Source of the DNA: Euglena gracilis
Taxonomy: Eukaryota
Direction: 5' to 3'
Length of the DNA stretch: 64,000 nt
NCBI GenBank assembly: GCA_039621445.1
Contig: CP154954.1
Coordinates: 22,766,954-22,830,953 of the forward strand
In this document: positions 11,545 through 22,560 of the stretch, in pieces
How the letters are laid out: every line of letters begins with the position of its first letter
Position numbering within the stretch: position 1 is the stretch's first letter
The notes under the pieces: model-generated
The model's database searches: none
The model's input: the letters and a program-made list of their open reading frames with translations, nothing else
What the model was told of the DNA's origin: nothing
Made by a program: the position numbers and the translations under genes

Positions 11545-11657
11545 GGTATTGGAACTGTGCCTGATGCTCGTGTTGAGACTGGTGCCTTGAAGTCTGGTGA
11601 TCAACAACTTGACCACTGAACTCCCTGGGGTGCACCACGAGGCTTTGAGCCTGGTGA
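11545..11657 (+). pseudogene. EEF1A: EF-1alpha fragment 1 (degenerate)
   Basis: GIGTVPDARVETGALKSGD...NNLTTE...HHEAL, with deletions. Confidence 0.8.
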
Positions 11658-11929
11658 AGAACTTTGTGTTGGATTTTTATTGTCAAGCTCCCCATGACAA
11701 AGGTTTGCCAAACAATTCTGTCAGTGATTGTCCATTTTTCTCTTCTGCAGTTGTCGGAAGGGCATGATGATGATTGGAAGGATTGAGAATCTGGACCTGA
11801 GCATTTCCCTGTTAAACTGCTCCATTTGGTTTTCGTTTCGGAGACAACTTGTGTATTTTTTGATTCTGGAAGGTTTTTGCTTGTCTTGTTTGCAACAAAA
11901 TGATTATCTGGTCCTTTTTGGGCTGACCC

Positions 11930-12336
11930 AAAACTGGCCAACACATCTGGCCCAAACCTGGCCAGACGCGGCGGCCAATTTTGGGCCAGACGCGGTGGCC
12001 AGTTTTAGGCCACAAGTCGTGGCCAGTTTTGGGTCACAGGTCGTTGACTTTTCGTTCAGGTCGTGGCCAGTTTTGGGCCACAAAACAGTTTTTGGTCCAC
12101 AGCATGTGGCCAGTTTTGGGCCAGACTCGGGCCAGTTTTGAGGCTGCATGTCGTGGCCAGTTTTGGGTTGCGGGTCGTTGGCTTTGGGTCGGGTCGTGGC
12201 CAGTTTTGGGCCACAGGACGTGGCCAGTTCATAAAACAATTTTTGGTCCACAGATTGTGGTTGGTTTTGGGCCACAGATTGTGGCGAGTTTTGGGGCACA
12301 GGTCGTGGTTGTTGGCAGCTTTGGGTCACAGGTGGC
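11930..12336. repeat. Minisatellite, ~21-bp unit CGTGGCCAGTTTTGGGCCACA
   Basis: More than 15 degenerate tandem copies. Confidence 0.9.
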
Positions 12337-13274
12337 CTGAATTGGGGGTCAAAAGAAAAAAGGACACCTCCCCTCTAGTGGATAATGTCTGCCCCTGGCA
12401 GCCATTTTTTTTTCCGCCTTCAACTCCCTGCGGTTCTCGAAAAGTTTTCATGACCTTTTGCGCCGAAAGGCAGGGCCTTTGCACACCCACCAGTTTGTCC
12501 TTCTGTGTGTGGAAACTGCTGTACTCGCGTTTTTTCAATACGGGTCTTTGACGACGTATGCCGGCTGTTTTATACGTCTCCGGGGCTCGGGTGTTTTAAA
12601 CTGATTTAAATCGCTGTTTTAAACGACCGTTTTTTAAGACGCACATCCCTGGTTGCCAACAAGTGGGCATACTCGACCGGTCCAGTTGAGTCTGCAACTC
12701 GACAGGGGGGTCCCCAAGGCTGACGTTTTTTTTGTTTTAAAACAAAGCAAAAAAAAATTCATGAATAAAAAACGGTTTAAAAACGGTTTTTTGTTTCAAA
12801 AAATAGTGCTTTTTTTAAATAAAACTCTGCAAATAGGAAAAAAACTTGTTTAAAAACACTTGTTTTAAAACAATGCCTCAGCCCTGGGGGTCCCGCGGGA
12901 CCCCCCCCTGTGCCTGGGTCCCAGCAAGGAGGTCATCGTGTGTGAGTGCCAGAGCCCCCCCCCCCCCCAACCGTTCGCCGCAATTCAGGCTTCAATTTTT
13001 GGCACTCCAAGGCACCCAGCCCCCCCCCCCTAGACTACAGTACGGCTATAGTACATTCATGTGTGTGTGTGTGTGTGCATAGTGCACTCAGGGTGGTTAA
13101 AAAAAAAATCCGGGGGGGGCGAGACGGTAGTGCTCTTTTTTGAAGTATGGCATTGATGTGACAAAAACTGTGGCAATTTTTTGAAATCATGGCACAGATA
13201 CATCAAAATTTTTAAAGTTTTCAGGCCGCCCAACGGGCAGCAAGAGACAGCAATGCCTTTTGTGTTTTGGGATT

Positions 13275-13380
13275 TCAAAAAGAATGCGAAAAAAAAAGAG
13301 ACAGCGGTGGTGGGGCGAACCGAACCGACCAGTGGCGCAGCCTACTGGATTTGAAGTGTTCCGGGGGGAAGGCTAGTGTA
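13275..13380 (-). mobile_element. Short second copy of the CRE-like element 5' region
   Basis: GGTGGTGGGGCGAACCGAA...CCGACCAGTGGC.CAGCCTACTGGATTTGAAG is shared with 10979-11032. Confidence 0.75.
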
Positions 13381-13859
13381 CAGATGGGGAAACCCCATGG
13401 AAAGTCAGGGTGTGTACATGCACAACAATGGGAAGGGTGGCGACTGTGTGCAATACAAAGCGGAGAGTCGTGGGCGGAAGGTGTAAAACAAGCAGCGCAG
13501 TGTGAGCAGGCGGTCCCTTGTCCGGGGGGGGGGGTGAGGGGGAGGGTGGGCAGAGAGGAGGGTAGCGTAAGTGAGAACGGGGGCAGAGAGCTCAACGTCT
13601 GGCCGAAGCCGCAGCCAGTACCGGTCTGCCAATTAATGCGCGTTCACTTTAATTGTCGTCACTTTAATGCGCAGGAGGGTGAGCTGCGCATTTTGGTGTT
13701 CACAAATATCCGCGAAATATTCGCGAAATATGGGAGATTCCTAAATTTGTGATCCTAACCAAACAGGATGGGCCGATTTGTTGTGAAGCAACCACGTCCA
13801 AACCCAGAAACCGGTTCTTTTCCAAATTTCGATGCACGACACCCTTTTTCAACTTTTAG

Positions 13860-14295
13860 GTATTGCGACTGTGCCTGTGTGAGACTGGTGCCTTGAAGCA
13901 TGGTGATGTGGTCACTTTCTCACCCAACAACTTGACCACTGAAGTCAAGTCTGTGGAGATGCACCACGAGGCTGTGAGCGAGGCTGTCCCTCGACAACCT
14001 TGGCTTCAACGTGAAGAACGTGTCTGTCAAGTTACATACTTACTGCTGACTTCACTGCCCAGGTAAGCCTCTCTTCAATGTTTTTCTGTCTGGCTTCATT
14101 GTTTCTTGTCCGGCTTCAAAAATGTTTCTGGTTGGTGCCATTCTGTGCCAGAGATGGATAAATCAGCCGTTTCACATTCACATTTCTTCAGGTCATCATT
14201 CTGAACCACATTGGTCAAGATTGGCAAAGATTACGCCCACGTTCTGGACTCATTGCCTGCAAGTTCACCATCATCATTCAGATGAAGATTGACTT
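13860..14295 (+). pseudogene. EEF1A: EF-1alpha fragment 2 with a retained GT-AG intron (14063-14191)
   Basis: [53 protein letters not shown] and IACKF...KID, with frameshifts and deletions. Confidence 0.92.
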
Positions 14296-15453
14296 GGGCC
14301 ATGCGTGGAGGATAATGAGGACTCAGGATTTGGAGAAAGTCCCGTTTCAACACGCCCTGAACCGTTTCTGGCTGACATTCGCTGTTTTTAAATCTTTGGG
14401 GGTTCTTGTTGTGTCTCATGGCTGGCTTCCCCAGAATCAAACCGGTTGGTTGTTGGGCGTGGTTGGTTTTTTTCCCCTCTTGCACCCCCAGGGGGGTCCC
14501 CCTTGGATACTTCGGCGCCTAAAAATTTTTGAAAGTGGGGTGACATTTTTTTCTGAAATTTTTTCTCCTTTTTTTTCACCGACCCCCCCCCCCGGGTTTC
14601 CTGTGAGAGACGGTCCAGGACCTGCTTGCCCGCTGCACGGCTGTGTTTTTTTGGCACGGTCAGCTGGACTTCTTACAACCCTGAACAATTCAGTGAACAC
14701 ATGAAGTCTTTTGTGGCAGTGTCATCTTTAAAAACATTTTGGGAGGTTCTTTTTTTCAAAACCATTGCTCAGAATGGCTTGCGCGGTTCACATTCAGCTA
14801 ATTTTAAGTTTTTTGAGAATTTCAGGTTCAAAACTAAAAAAAATTCAAAAACAGTTTTCGAATTTTTCAAAATTTAAAGAACAAACCGTGCTGAGGAAGA
14901 ACCGGAAGAACCGGAGACTCTAATCTTTGGACCCGGAGGTAAAGAAAAATCTTTCCGACCCCGGCGTCACTCACCCGTCATTCACTCCGAAAAAAACCAG
15001 TCACTGCCCCCGCCCGGGCGGGGGGGGCGGTCAGAGCTTGAGCGGTTGCCTGCTGAGGGCCTTACCGTCGTTAAAAAATACACTTACGTGGAAAAGAGGA
15101 GTGCGCTTCACGTCCGCGGAATCGTCTGTCCCGGCTGCCGAAGACATTTTAATGCGCCGTGGCTTTTCCATACGGCCGCCGGACCTGCGCATTTTGATGC
15201 TCGCGCATTTTGGTGTCGCCCCTTAGAGTGTCTGCCTATTTTTGGGCAGGGAGGTATCGCTGGACGGAGTGGGAAGTGAGCAAGGGTGTAGGAAAACCAG
15301 AGGTAGAGGGTCACAAGCTGGTCATTTACGGATGACCAGCTCAGAAGGCAGCAATGGTGTGACCCAGTTCCTTGGAGGTTAGGCAGGGGTGGGGGGGGGG
15401 TTGGGGGCTTCGCCCCTAAAGGAATTTCAATGGAGAAACTTCACCGGTGAAGT

Positions 15454-16200
15454 TCACCGGTGAAGTTCACCGCCATGTAATTCCAATGAAGACAGGGGGG
15501 GTGGGGGGGGGTCCCGCCCGAAAAACCCAAAGTTCACTGCCTGATCTCCCTTGGTTATGAGCAGAGCACCCAGTTGGGCGGCCACTCCAGAAAACAGGCC
15601 CTGCTGCAGCTCAGCCAGGAAGACGCTCCTAGCCCCGCCGGAGGCGGTGGCGCCGAGGCGCTGTCGCAACTCATCCCATACTCGCTGGCTGTTGCCCCCA
15701 AAGGCTTCCCATACACTGAGGATCAGTGGGGAGAACCGCGCACCTCGGGACTGGCAGCAACCTCCGTACTTGGTGGTCTTTTTAAGGGCTCGGCTGCGAA
15801 GTAGTTCCCACGAGGCGGGTAGGCTCCAGCTAGCACTGGGTGGAGAGGGGTGGTTTATGTCCACATCGATGGCCCAGGATGCTGCGCCTGACCAGTGGGG
15901 GAGGAAGATGTCTGCGTCCCGCTTTTGATCAGCAGCCACCGAGATCTCCAGGGCGTGCGGGATTCCCCTGACCTGAAGCTGAGAACCAAGGAAGTGCTGC
16001 ACCCGGTGGTGTCGTTCCCACAGCTTGTTCTTGTGGCAGCACAGGGTGTGGTCCCCGAAGGGATCAACTACCTGTCCGCAGCCGAGGGGGTAGGGGGAGC
16101 CAGCCAGGCTGAGGGGGATGATGGGCAACCCCAAGTGCCATTTCAGCATGAGGCGGAAGGATACTCCATCGATGGCAAACCCAGCGGCCTTAGATGGGAA
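15454..16200 (-). mobile_element. 3' fragment of an RLE non-LTR retrotransposon (CCHC + endonuclease)
   Basis: CGQVVDPFGDHTLCC, RHHRV, RDADIF...AIDV and KTTKYGGCC. Confidence 0.88.
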
Positions 16201-17575
16201 ACAGAGAAGGAAGAGGACATGGCAAGAGAGGGAAGAACATGAAGAGTTCCTACAGAGAAGGTTTGGAAGAGATTACAAGCCCCCATGGCCAAGAGGTCAA
16301 CCCATTTATCATATATCTCAACAGAGTTCTCCTCAGCCCCAGCTCCATCAGCAAGTGAGCCTGGGGCCCCCCTGTACAGCAAGCCCATCAGTGGGCATTC
16401 CACAAACAGGCCCATCGGTGGGCATCCCAGTGAACAGTCCATTCCAAGGCCCACCAGTGGGCAGAAGCCAAGTATGCCCATCTGTCACATCAATCATACA
16501 CATGTACATTCCATCATAGACCAACCTTTGGGGTGAACCCGAGCAAACCCAGCAACCTCTACAATCAAACTGGAGCAGAGAAGAAGAACAGAGGAAGAAT
16601 TTGAACAGAGAAGAAGAGTAGACAAGAAGAGATGCTGAACTCTTCAGAAGCCTCAGAGCTTTTCTCAGCACAGGCCAGAGTATAGAAGCCCCCCCCCCCT
16701 TCCAACACCATTATACAACCCTGGCCTGCCAGCACCCTTAATCCCAGATGTGGTACTGGCATCACCATCAGTCCTCCACTGTGCTTTTACAGGGGGGAAG
16801 AAAATTCCGCAGCGCTTAAGATGCACGAGACGAACATCGTGTCGCTTTATTCCGCGTGGGGTCCACGGCTCGAAATTAAAATATGGTGGCCAAGAGACTC
16901 GCAATTACCCAACACGGAAAATAAAACTCCGTGCCTCGAAAAGGCAAAAGAAATTACTTCGCTTCCGGCACATACAGTAGAAGAATTTTGGCTTGGCGTG
17001 GATAGTTTTTTTGTGATCCGGATTTTTAAGACGTAGTAGCACACGGCACGGCCCTTCACAATGACTCTGAAATGACCATCCAGAATGACAGTGACGGTCA
17101 AAATTGTCCCCCCCACAGAAGATGGCCTTAAACGGCGTCTCACTTTGTTCCTCGAAAGTGGGCCGTGGCTGCACTCTTTTTTCTTTTTTTTTTCACTCCA
17201 TAATCTTTGCGCCAATCCTGTTGACAGAGCCACTTTGCAACCATGCTCGCCGGTCCAAAAAAAGAACCTGTTGCCCCCCCCCCCCCCTCACTCTCTGGCA
17301 GGAAGGGCACAACAGCACACGGAAAAAGAAGAGGTGTTTTGCTGAGGCAGTTCGCACAACCGCAGCGCTGAAGAACGAACGTGGACATTGCTCAACCCCA
17401 AAAAAAATGCCCATGACGAAAAACGACTCCTCCCCCCCCCCCGTGGCCAGGAAAAAAGAAGATAGTTTTGGACTGCCCAAAATGAGCCTTTCTGCCCTCC
17501 CCCCCCTGGCCCAAAAAAAAAGAAACATTTTTTGAGCCCACCCCCCTGGCCCCAAAAAAATGACACCGTTCTGCC

Positions 17576-18012
17576 CATAGCTGGCACTTCGTTTAAAACG
17601 AAGTCAAAAAAAACACGTTTTTTTTAAAAAAAACATGTTTTTTTTAAAAAAAACAAAAAAAACGCCATTGAGGGTCCAGGGCAAAAAAATTTTTTGCCTT
17701 TAGTTTTAGCTTTTTTTGCCCATCCTCGGTCAGAGAAAGACACCAAATTTGGGATGTTTCAAGTCAGTTTGGAATGGTTTCACGCCAAAACGGCAGAAAA
17801 ATGCCCTATTTTGACCATTCTTGTTGAAGACAACCAAAAGTATTGGTTTTCAAGTCATTTGAGCTAAGATTGGTTCACCCTTGCGATCAAAGGCAAAATT
17901 TGGACCATCATTTTCCCCTTTGTTTTTTTTGCCGTTTTTTTTGCCCGTTTTTTTTAATAAAAAACAAAAAAAACGTTTTTTTTAAAAAAAAACAAAAAAA
18001 ACGCCAGCTATG
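17576..18012. mobile_element. hAT-like MITE with an exact 8-bp TSD
   Basis: GTTCTGCC-CATAGCTGGC...GCCAGCTATG-GTTCTGCC. Confidence 0.9.
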
Positions 18013-18433
18013 GTTCTGCCCCCCCGGCCGAAAAAAAATGTGTTTTTTTTCCCAGACCCCCCGTTCGGAAATCAAAGACACTGTTTCGACCGAATTTTAG
18101 AAAAAAAACGAACAACCCAAACAGAAAGCAGATGGGTCCACCCCTGCTGCCCAGAAAATCACCCCAATGAGCAATGAACTGACCGCTTGCTTTGCGGACG
18201 TAAATAAGGAACTGAACTGGCCTCCGCATGGAACCATGCAACCAAGTAAAGTGAGTCAGTGGAAAATACCACAGACCACAACGCGTACATCATGAGGGTC
18301 TCATCGACACCCGCTGCTGGAAGATCGTGCCGCGCGTGGGCGTAAATAACGATCGTACAAAACCTGCCGCGCTGCTTGCATGCAGCTGGCAGCGCTGTCA
18401 TTTTTTTGGGCAGGGTGGTCGGTCCCCCCTGTT

Positions 18434-19911
18434 TCATCCCTGTTTCATCGCCTGTCCCAGGGCTTCTCTTAGGGTGGTGTCCCCCCAAGGGGAAGCCGAA
18501 ACCCGGAGCCCTGGGGGGGACACACCAGGTGCTGCAGGCTGGTTGGACGACCCCCCTAAATGTCCAATCTCCAAAGAGAAAACCCCCGGCCCTGGCAGGG
18601 TGGTGAAGACGTACAAGGAAGGGTCGGCACAGCTTCGGAACAGGTGTGGTGAGGTGGACAATGGCATCATCAACTCGGCGGTGTTGTGAGCAGGAGCGTT
18701 GTCCAGCACCAACAAGTATGGGAAGCCATCGGGCAACCCATGGGTGCGGCGGTGGGCTGGTAACGGTGTGGAAGGATATTTCATTTCCCCCTCCCCCCAA
18801 TCCCGACCACCCACACCCAATCCAGGGGTCTCGTAGGAACTTCTCTCATGTTCTCGGAGAACCCACCAGGCTTCCGGGGGAATGTGTTGGGGGGAATTTT
18901 ATAAATGCACCGAGACATTGAAATGAAGTACCGCCACAGATCTTGTCCAGCAGGCGACCAAAGGATGCAGTGGTTTGGAACTTTGTGCGTGTGTGGTCAT
19001 GGAAGATTTGGGGTGCTGCATTTGGACAATTGGGGAGGCAGCGGTTGGTGAGGCCGCGCCACAAGCATTGGAAGAGGATGACTTCACCACTTCGTGTCGT
19101 GAGTGGACCACCGGTGAGGCAACGTTTATCTCCTCCCTGGAGCACATGGACTTGCTTCTGTGGGGTAACGTACGTACCACTCACTTGTGGGGCATAGCGG
19201 ACTGGCGTCTCGTCGAATCCCAAGATGGTGCAGTGGGGCAGTGTCATTTGAGGACCAGGAGGTACACTCACCCCGAACTTCACAGGGTCTTCAATAAGAT
19301 TGCAAAGCTCCCGTCTCCATGCATTGTCGCGCATGACGTCGGCGGTAGTGGATTCGGTCCTGTCAGTTGTGGGTTTGCGCAGGTGGCCCAGTTTGTGACG
19401 CCACAGTCGTCCTGTGCGCGGTGCCCAGGAAGACTGTGGTTGGCGTTTTCGAAAGGAATGTGCCCAGTGGCGGTTCAAGGTCGGCATATTGGCTGTGGAA
19501 GGTCGCATTCGCTCCAGGCACCTTTGTCCAAGAAGGACCAATCTGGTTAGGTCAAGCACCGCACCTCGGGATCTGAGCAATGCAGCACTTCCCAGGATGG
19601 CCTGTTCCTCGGCAGCAGTGAGGGTAGTTGGCCTCCCGGCAGATTGGAGGGCGAACCCTGCAAGATGTGCTCTGCTCCACCCCCTCACTGTGCTGTAGGG
19701 TGGACAGCCCATGCCAAGCTCCAGGCGCAATGCAGGGTATCCTGCAGTACAAAGCTGCATGGCGCAGTGCCGCTTACGTTCCAAAGACCAGTCCTGCCAA
19801 CCACCCTTCCGCTTCCTTTTCTTTTCCTCCTTCCAGCATTCTGGAAAATCTTCCAACAGAGACTCCTGGAGTTGTTCTTCTGGTGTCTTCCGAATCAAAA
19901 ACTTATCCATG
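18434..19911 (-). pseudogene. pogo-type DDE transposase (disrupted, probably intron-containing)
   Basis: GRPTTLTAAEEQ and WAHSFRKR (CENP-B-like HTH), ILGFDETPV, DKRCLT and LLVLDNAPAH. Confidence 0.85.
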
Positions 19912-20430
19912 GTGCCTGTGAAAAGAGAAAGAAAGAAAATTTGACCGGTGAACAATGTTGCGGTGGCTGTGTACAATGTTTTCAAAAGTCTGTTGAAAAA
20001 TTTCGTTGCGCCAAATCGCCAATCGCGGTTAATTCCGCGTTTCTGAATCCGCGTGAACTCCATTCCCGCGTAATATAATCGCGGGGTTTTACACACACGG
20101 ATTAAAACGAGCTGGATATAAGCGATACGGAATATTCTTCCCCCCTGTATGCCTGCACCTTTCCCTTTTGACTCACAAAATCCCCCCCAAAGAGGGGAAA
20201 ATTGACCAAAAAAACCCACCCACTAACACAAGTGGATCAGGAATCCCAGCCACAGGTACCTACAAATGAAAAGAAGCCAGATGCAGCCCAAAACCAAAGT
20301 TTCGGTCCCTCAGGGAAGCCGACTTAGTCGGGCCGACCGCCCAAAGTCGACTCGACTACCCGTGCCCAAATGGAGCGAGTCGATTCGACTAGTCGGTCCG
20401 ACCGCCCAATCGACTTGTGCTCATTCCTTG

Positions 20431-20615
20431 CTACCACCCCCCCCCCCTTATTGTCCCCCCCCCCCTTATTGTCCCTGGGCCCCGGCCGACAGGGGATTTT
20501 TTGGCCCGGCCAATGAAAATTCCTTTGGTACCCCCTTATTGTCCCCCCCCCCTTATTGTCCCGTCGGGCCTCCCGGGGAGAGGTGGGTGGGACAATAAGG
20601 GGGGGGGGGTAATAG
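20431..20615. mobile_element. Small MITE
   Basis: TIR CTACCACn TTATTGTCCC / GGGACAATAAGn TAATAG, with internal CTTATTGTCCC repeats. Confidence 0.7.
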
Positions 20616-21049
20616 CCTACCGTTCTGCCAATGTCTGCCCATTTTTTGAATGTTGGCCAATTTTTTTGCGACCCTCTCTTGAAATAATGTGCCTCCTGCT
20701 TGCTGTCTCAATTGCCTTCTCCATAAAAATTCCCCTTCTGATTTTTGGCGCTTCTATAAGGCTGGGGCACAGTTTGACTGAAAGTATCCCCGAAAAATTC
20801 CTTCGAAAAAGGGCAAAAAAAATTTTGCCGCCTTCAGCGCATGAAAAAAAAAATTTTCCCGGACCCAAATGCTCAATTAAGGGGGGGCAAATAAAAAGGG
20901 GGGGTATTGGTTGAAAACGTAATTGTGACACTTTTCCTCATTAGGCGTACACCGTCTTTGTTCTAAGTCGGAGTTGCTTTGGTCTTGGCTTTGCTTGCTT
21001 TGGGTGTGGTCTGCGGTGGAGGCTGGGACTTACCATGGTTGGAGGGCAT

Positions 21050-22560
21050 CCTCCACGCGGTCCTTGGCTGTGAGTTGTCGCGCCACGTGGCGCATGAGTG
21101 TCACCGACAGGCCATTCCGCATCTCTTGCAGGGCCCGTGTCTTTGGCCATCCTCGCACGTCTGCGGTGGCCATTTTGGTGACCTCAAACAACACAGCCTT
21201 GGCAGAGGCCCATGCCCCCCGATGTGCTCAGGCCGAAGGGTGAGAAGCCCCATCCCTTCGCCTGACATGGGGGGGGCATCTGTCTGCACTTTCCGGGGGT
21301 GCTACCCCCGTGACCCCCCCCGTGACCCCCCCCGTGACCCGCCCGTGACCCGAGAATCGAGCCTTCAATTTTCACACAATGCATCAACCTTCATCACTTC
21401 AGCCTTTCTTTTCATTCATCATTTCAGCCTGCTTTTTGATGTAGGTGGCGGTTTTGGTCGCTTTTCATCAATTTTTTGGTTCAAACCATCGAAAGTTTGC
21501 CTTGACATCGTCTAAAAATGGTAAGAAATGCCAAGATTTGAAGTGAAACAATGACACTTCTTTGCCATATGAATTTAACCCAAAACATTGGCAAAAGGGG
21601 AGATTGCGCAAGTTTGAAAGAATTTCATGGCAAAAAGGGGGGAGGGGAAACATGAAATTTTTGTGGAAGAAAACCCCCCCAAAAAAACAGAAAAGAATTG
21701 TCTTCACCCCACCTTCCATTTGGACAACCAAACCCCTTTTTGGCACCCAACGTCCAACGCACCTCCACACCCAAAAATGGCCAAAAACCTTGTCCCCCCC
21801 AAAAAAGTGCCAAAAATTGGTGCATTTCTGCAACCAAAACAGATTTTTTTGGCAAATTTTTCCCCCTTCAAAAATAGCCATTTTGGGCCATTTTTTCAAA
21901 ATGGCCCAAAATGCGTCCCAAAAAAGTGATGGTCAAGAAATTCCTAACAAAATTCCCTTTCAAAAAAAATGAAAAAAATAACCAATTTTGGACATAAAAA
22001 TCACCCAAAAATGACCACTTTCAAACCAAAACGCATCTGGTTTGGCAAATGGCCCAAAAATGGCCAAAAAGATTACTTTTTTGGACCCAAAAATCACCGA
22101 TTTTGGGATGCGTTCTGCCCTTCTCGTGATGGGATGCAACAACATGGATGCTGCCTCCCGACCACCTCCAAAGTGGCATACTTCCCCCGTGACCCCCCCC
22201 CCCCGTGACCCCCCCGTGACCCCCCCGTGACCCGCACCACCCCCTCCGGGTTTCCACCTGGTTGCAATGCCTTCGGGCATTTTCCACCACGAGTGGGTGC
22301 TCTCTGAGCCCCGCTGGGTGGCTGCAGACAAAATCAACTGCCACGTGTTGTTCCCGTGACCATGTGACTGGTTGATGAGGAGAATGTTGGCCGGCCTTCT
22401 GTTCGCCAAACACTCTGCCTCCTTCTCCACCGCAATGTTGTACCGGACACACATCTCCGCAAAGGCGTCTCGGAATGCATTGTGTTGTTGGGTGTTTTCA
22501 TTCTGCTCGCAGCACACAAAGTGATCCCCGAAGGGATCAATGGACCCTCTTGCACACACA
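21050..22560 (-). mobile_element. RLE non-LTR endonuclease fragment interrupted by a 3-bp-TSD element
   Basis: IDPFGDHFVCC..HNAFRD..RRPANIL lies right of the insert. CQAKGWGFSPFGLSTSGGMG continues left of it. Confidence 0.8.
21295..22244 (+). mobile_element. ~950-bp non-autonomous TIR element, copy A (3-bp TSD TCC)
   Basis: TCC-GGGGGTGCTAC...GCACCACCCCC-TCC, with subterminal CCCCGTGAC repeats. Closely similar to 34763-35711. Confidence 0.9.

Larger units (their letters stand above)
16790..20147 (-). mobile_element. pogo/Tigger-like DNA transposon with TIRs and TA TSD
   Basis: TA-CAGGGGGGAAGAAAATTCCG at 16790 and CGGAATATTCTTCCCCCCTG-TA ending at 20147 (19/20 match). Transposase remnants lie inside. 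Confidence 0.88.

Noticed and set aside
11930-12336. CRISPR-like array
   Set aside because: These are contiguous degenerate tandem units with no unique spacers, no cas genes and a eukaryotic context.
16118-16740. Gag-like zinc-knuckle remnant
   Set aside because: It is too degenerate to support a call.
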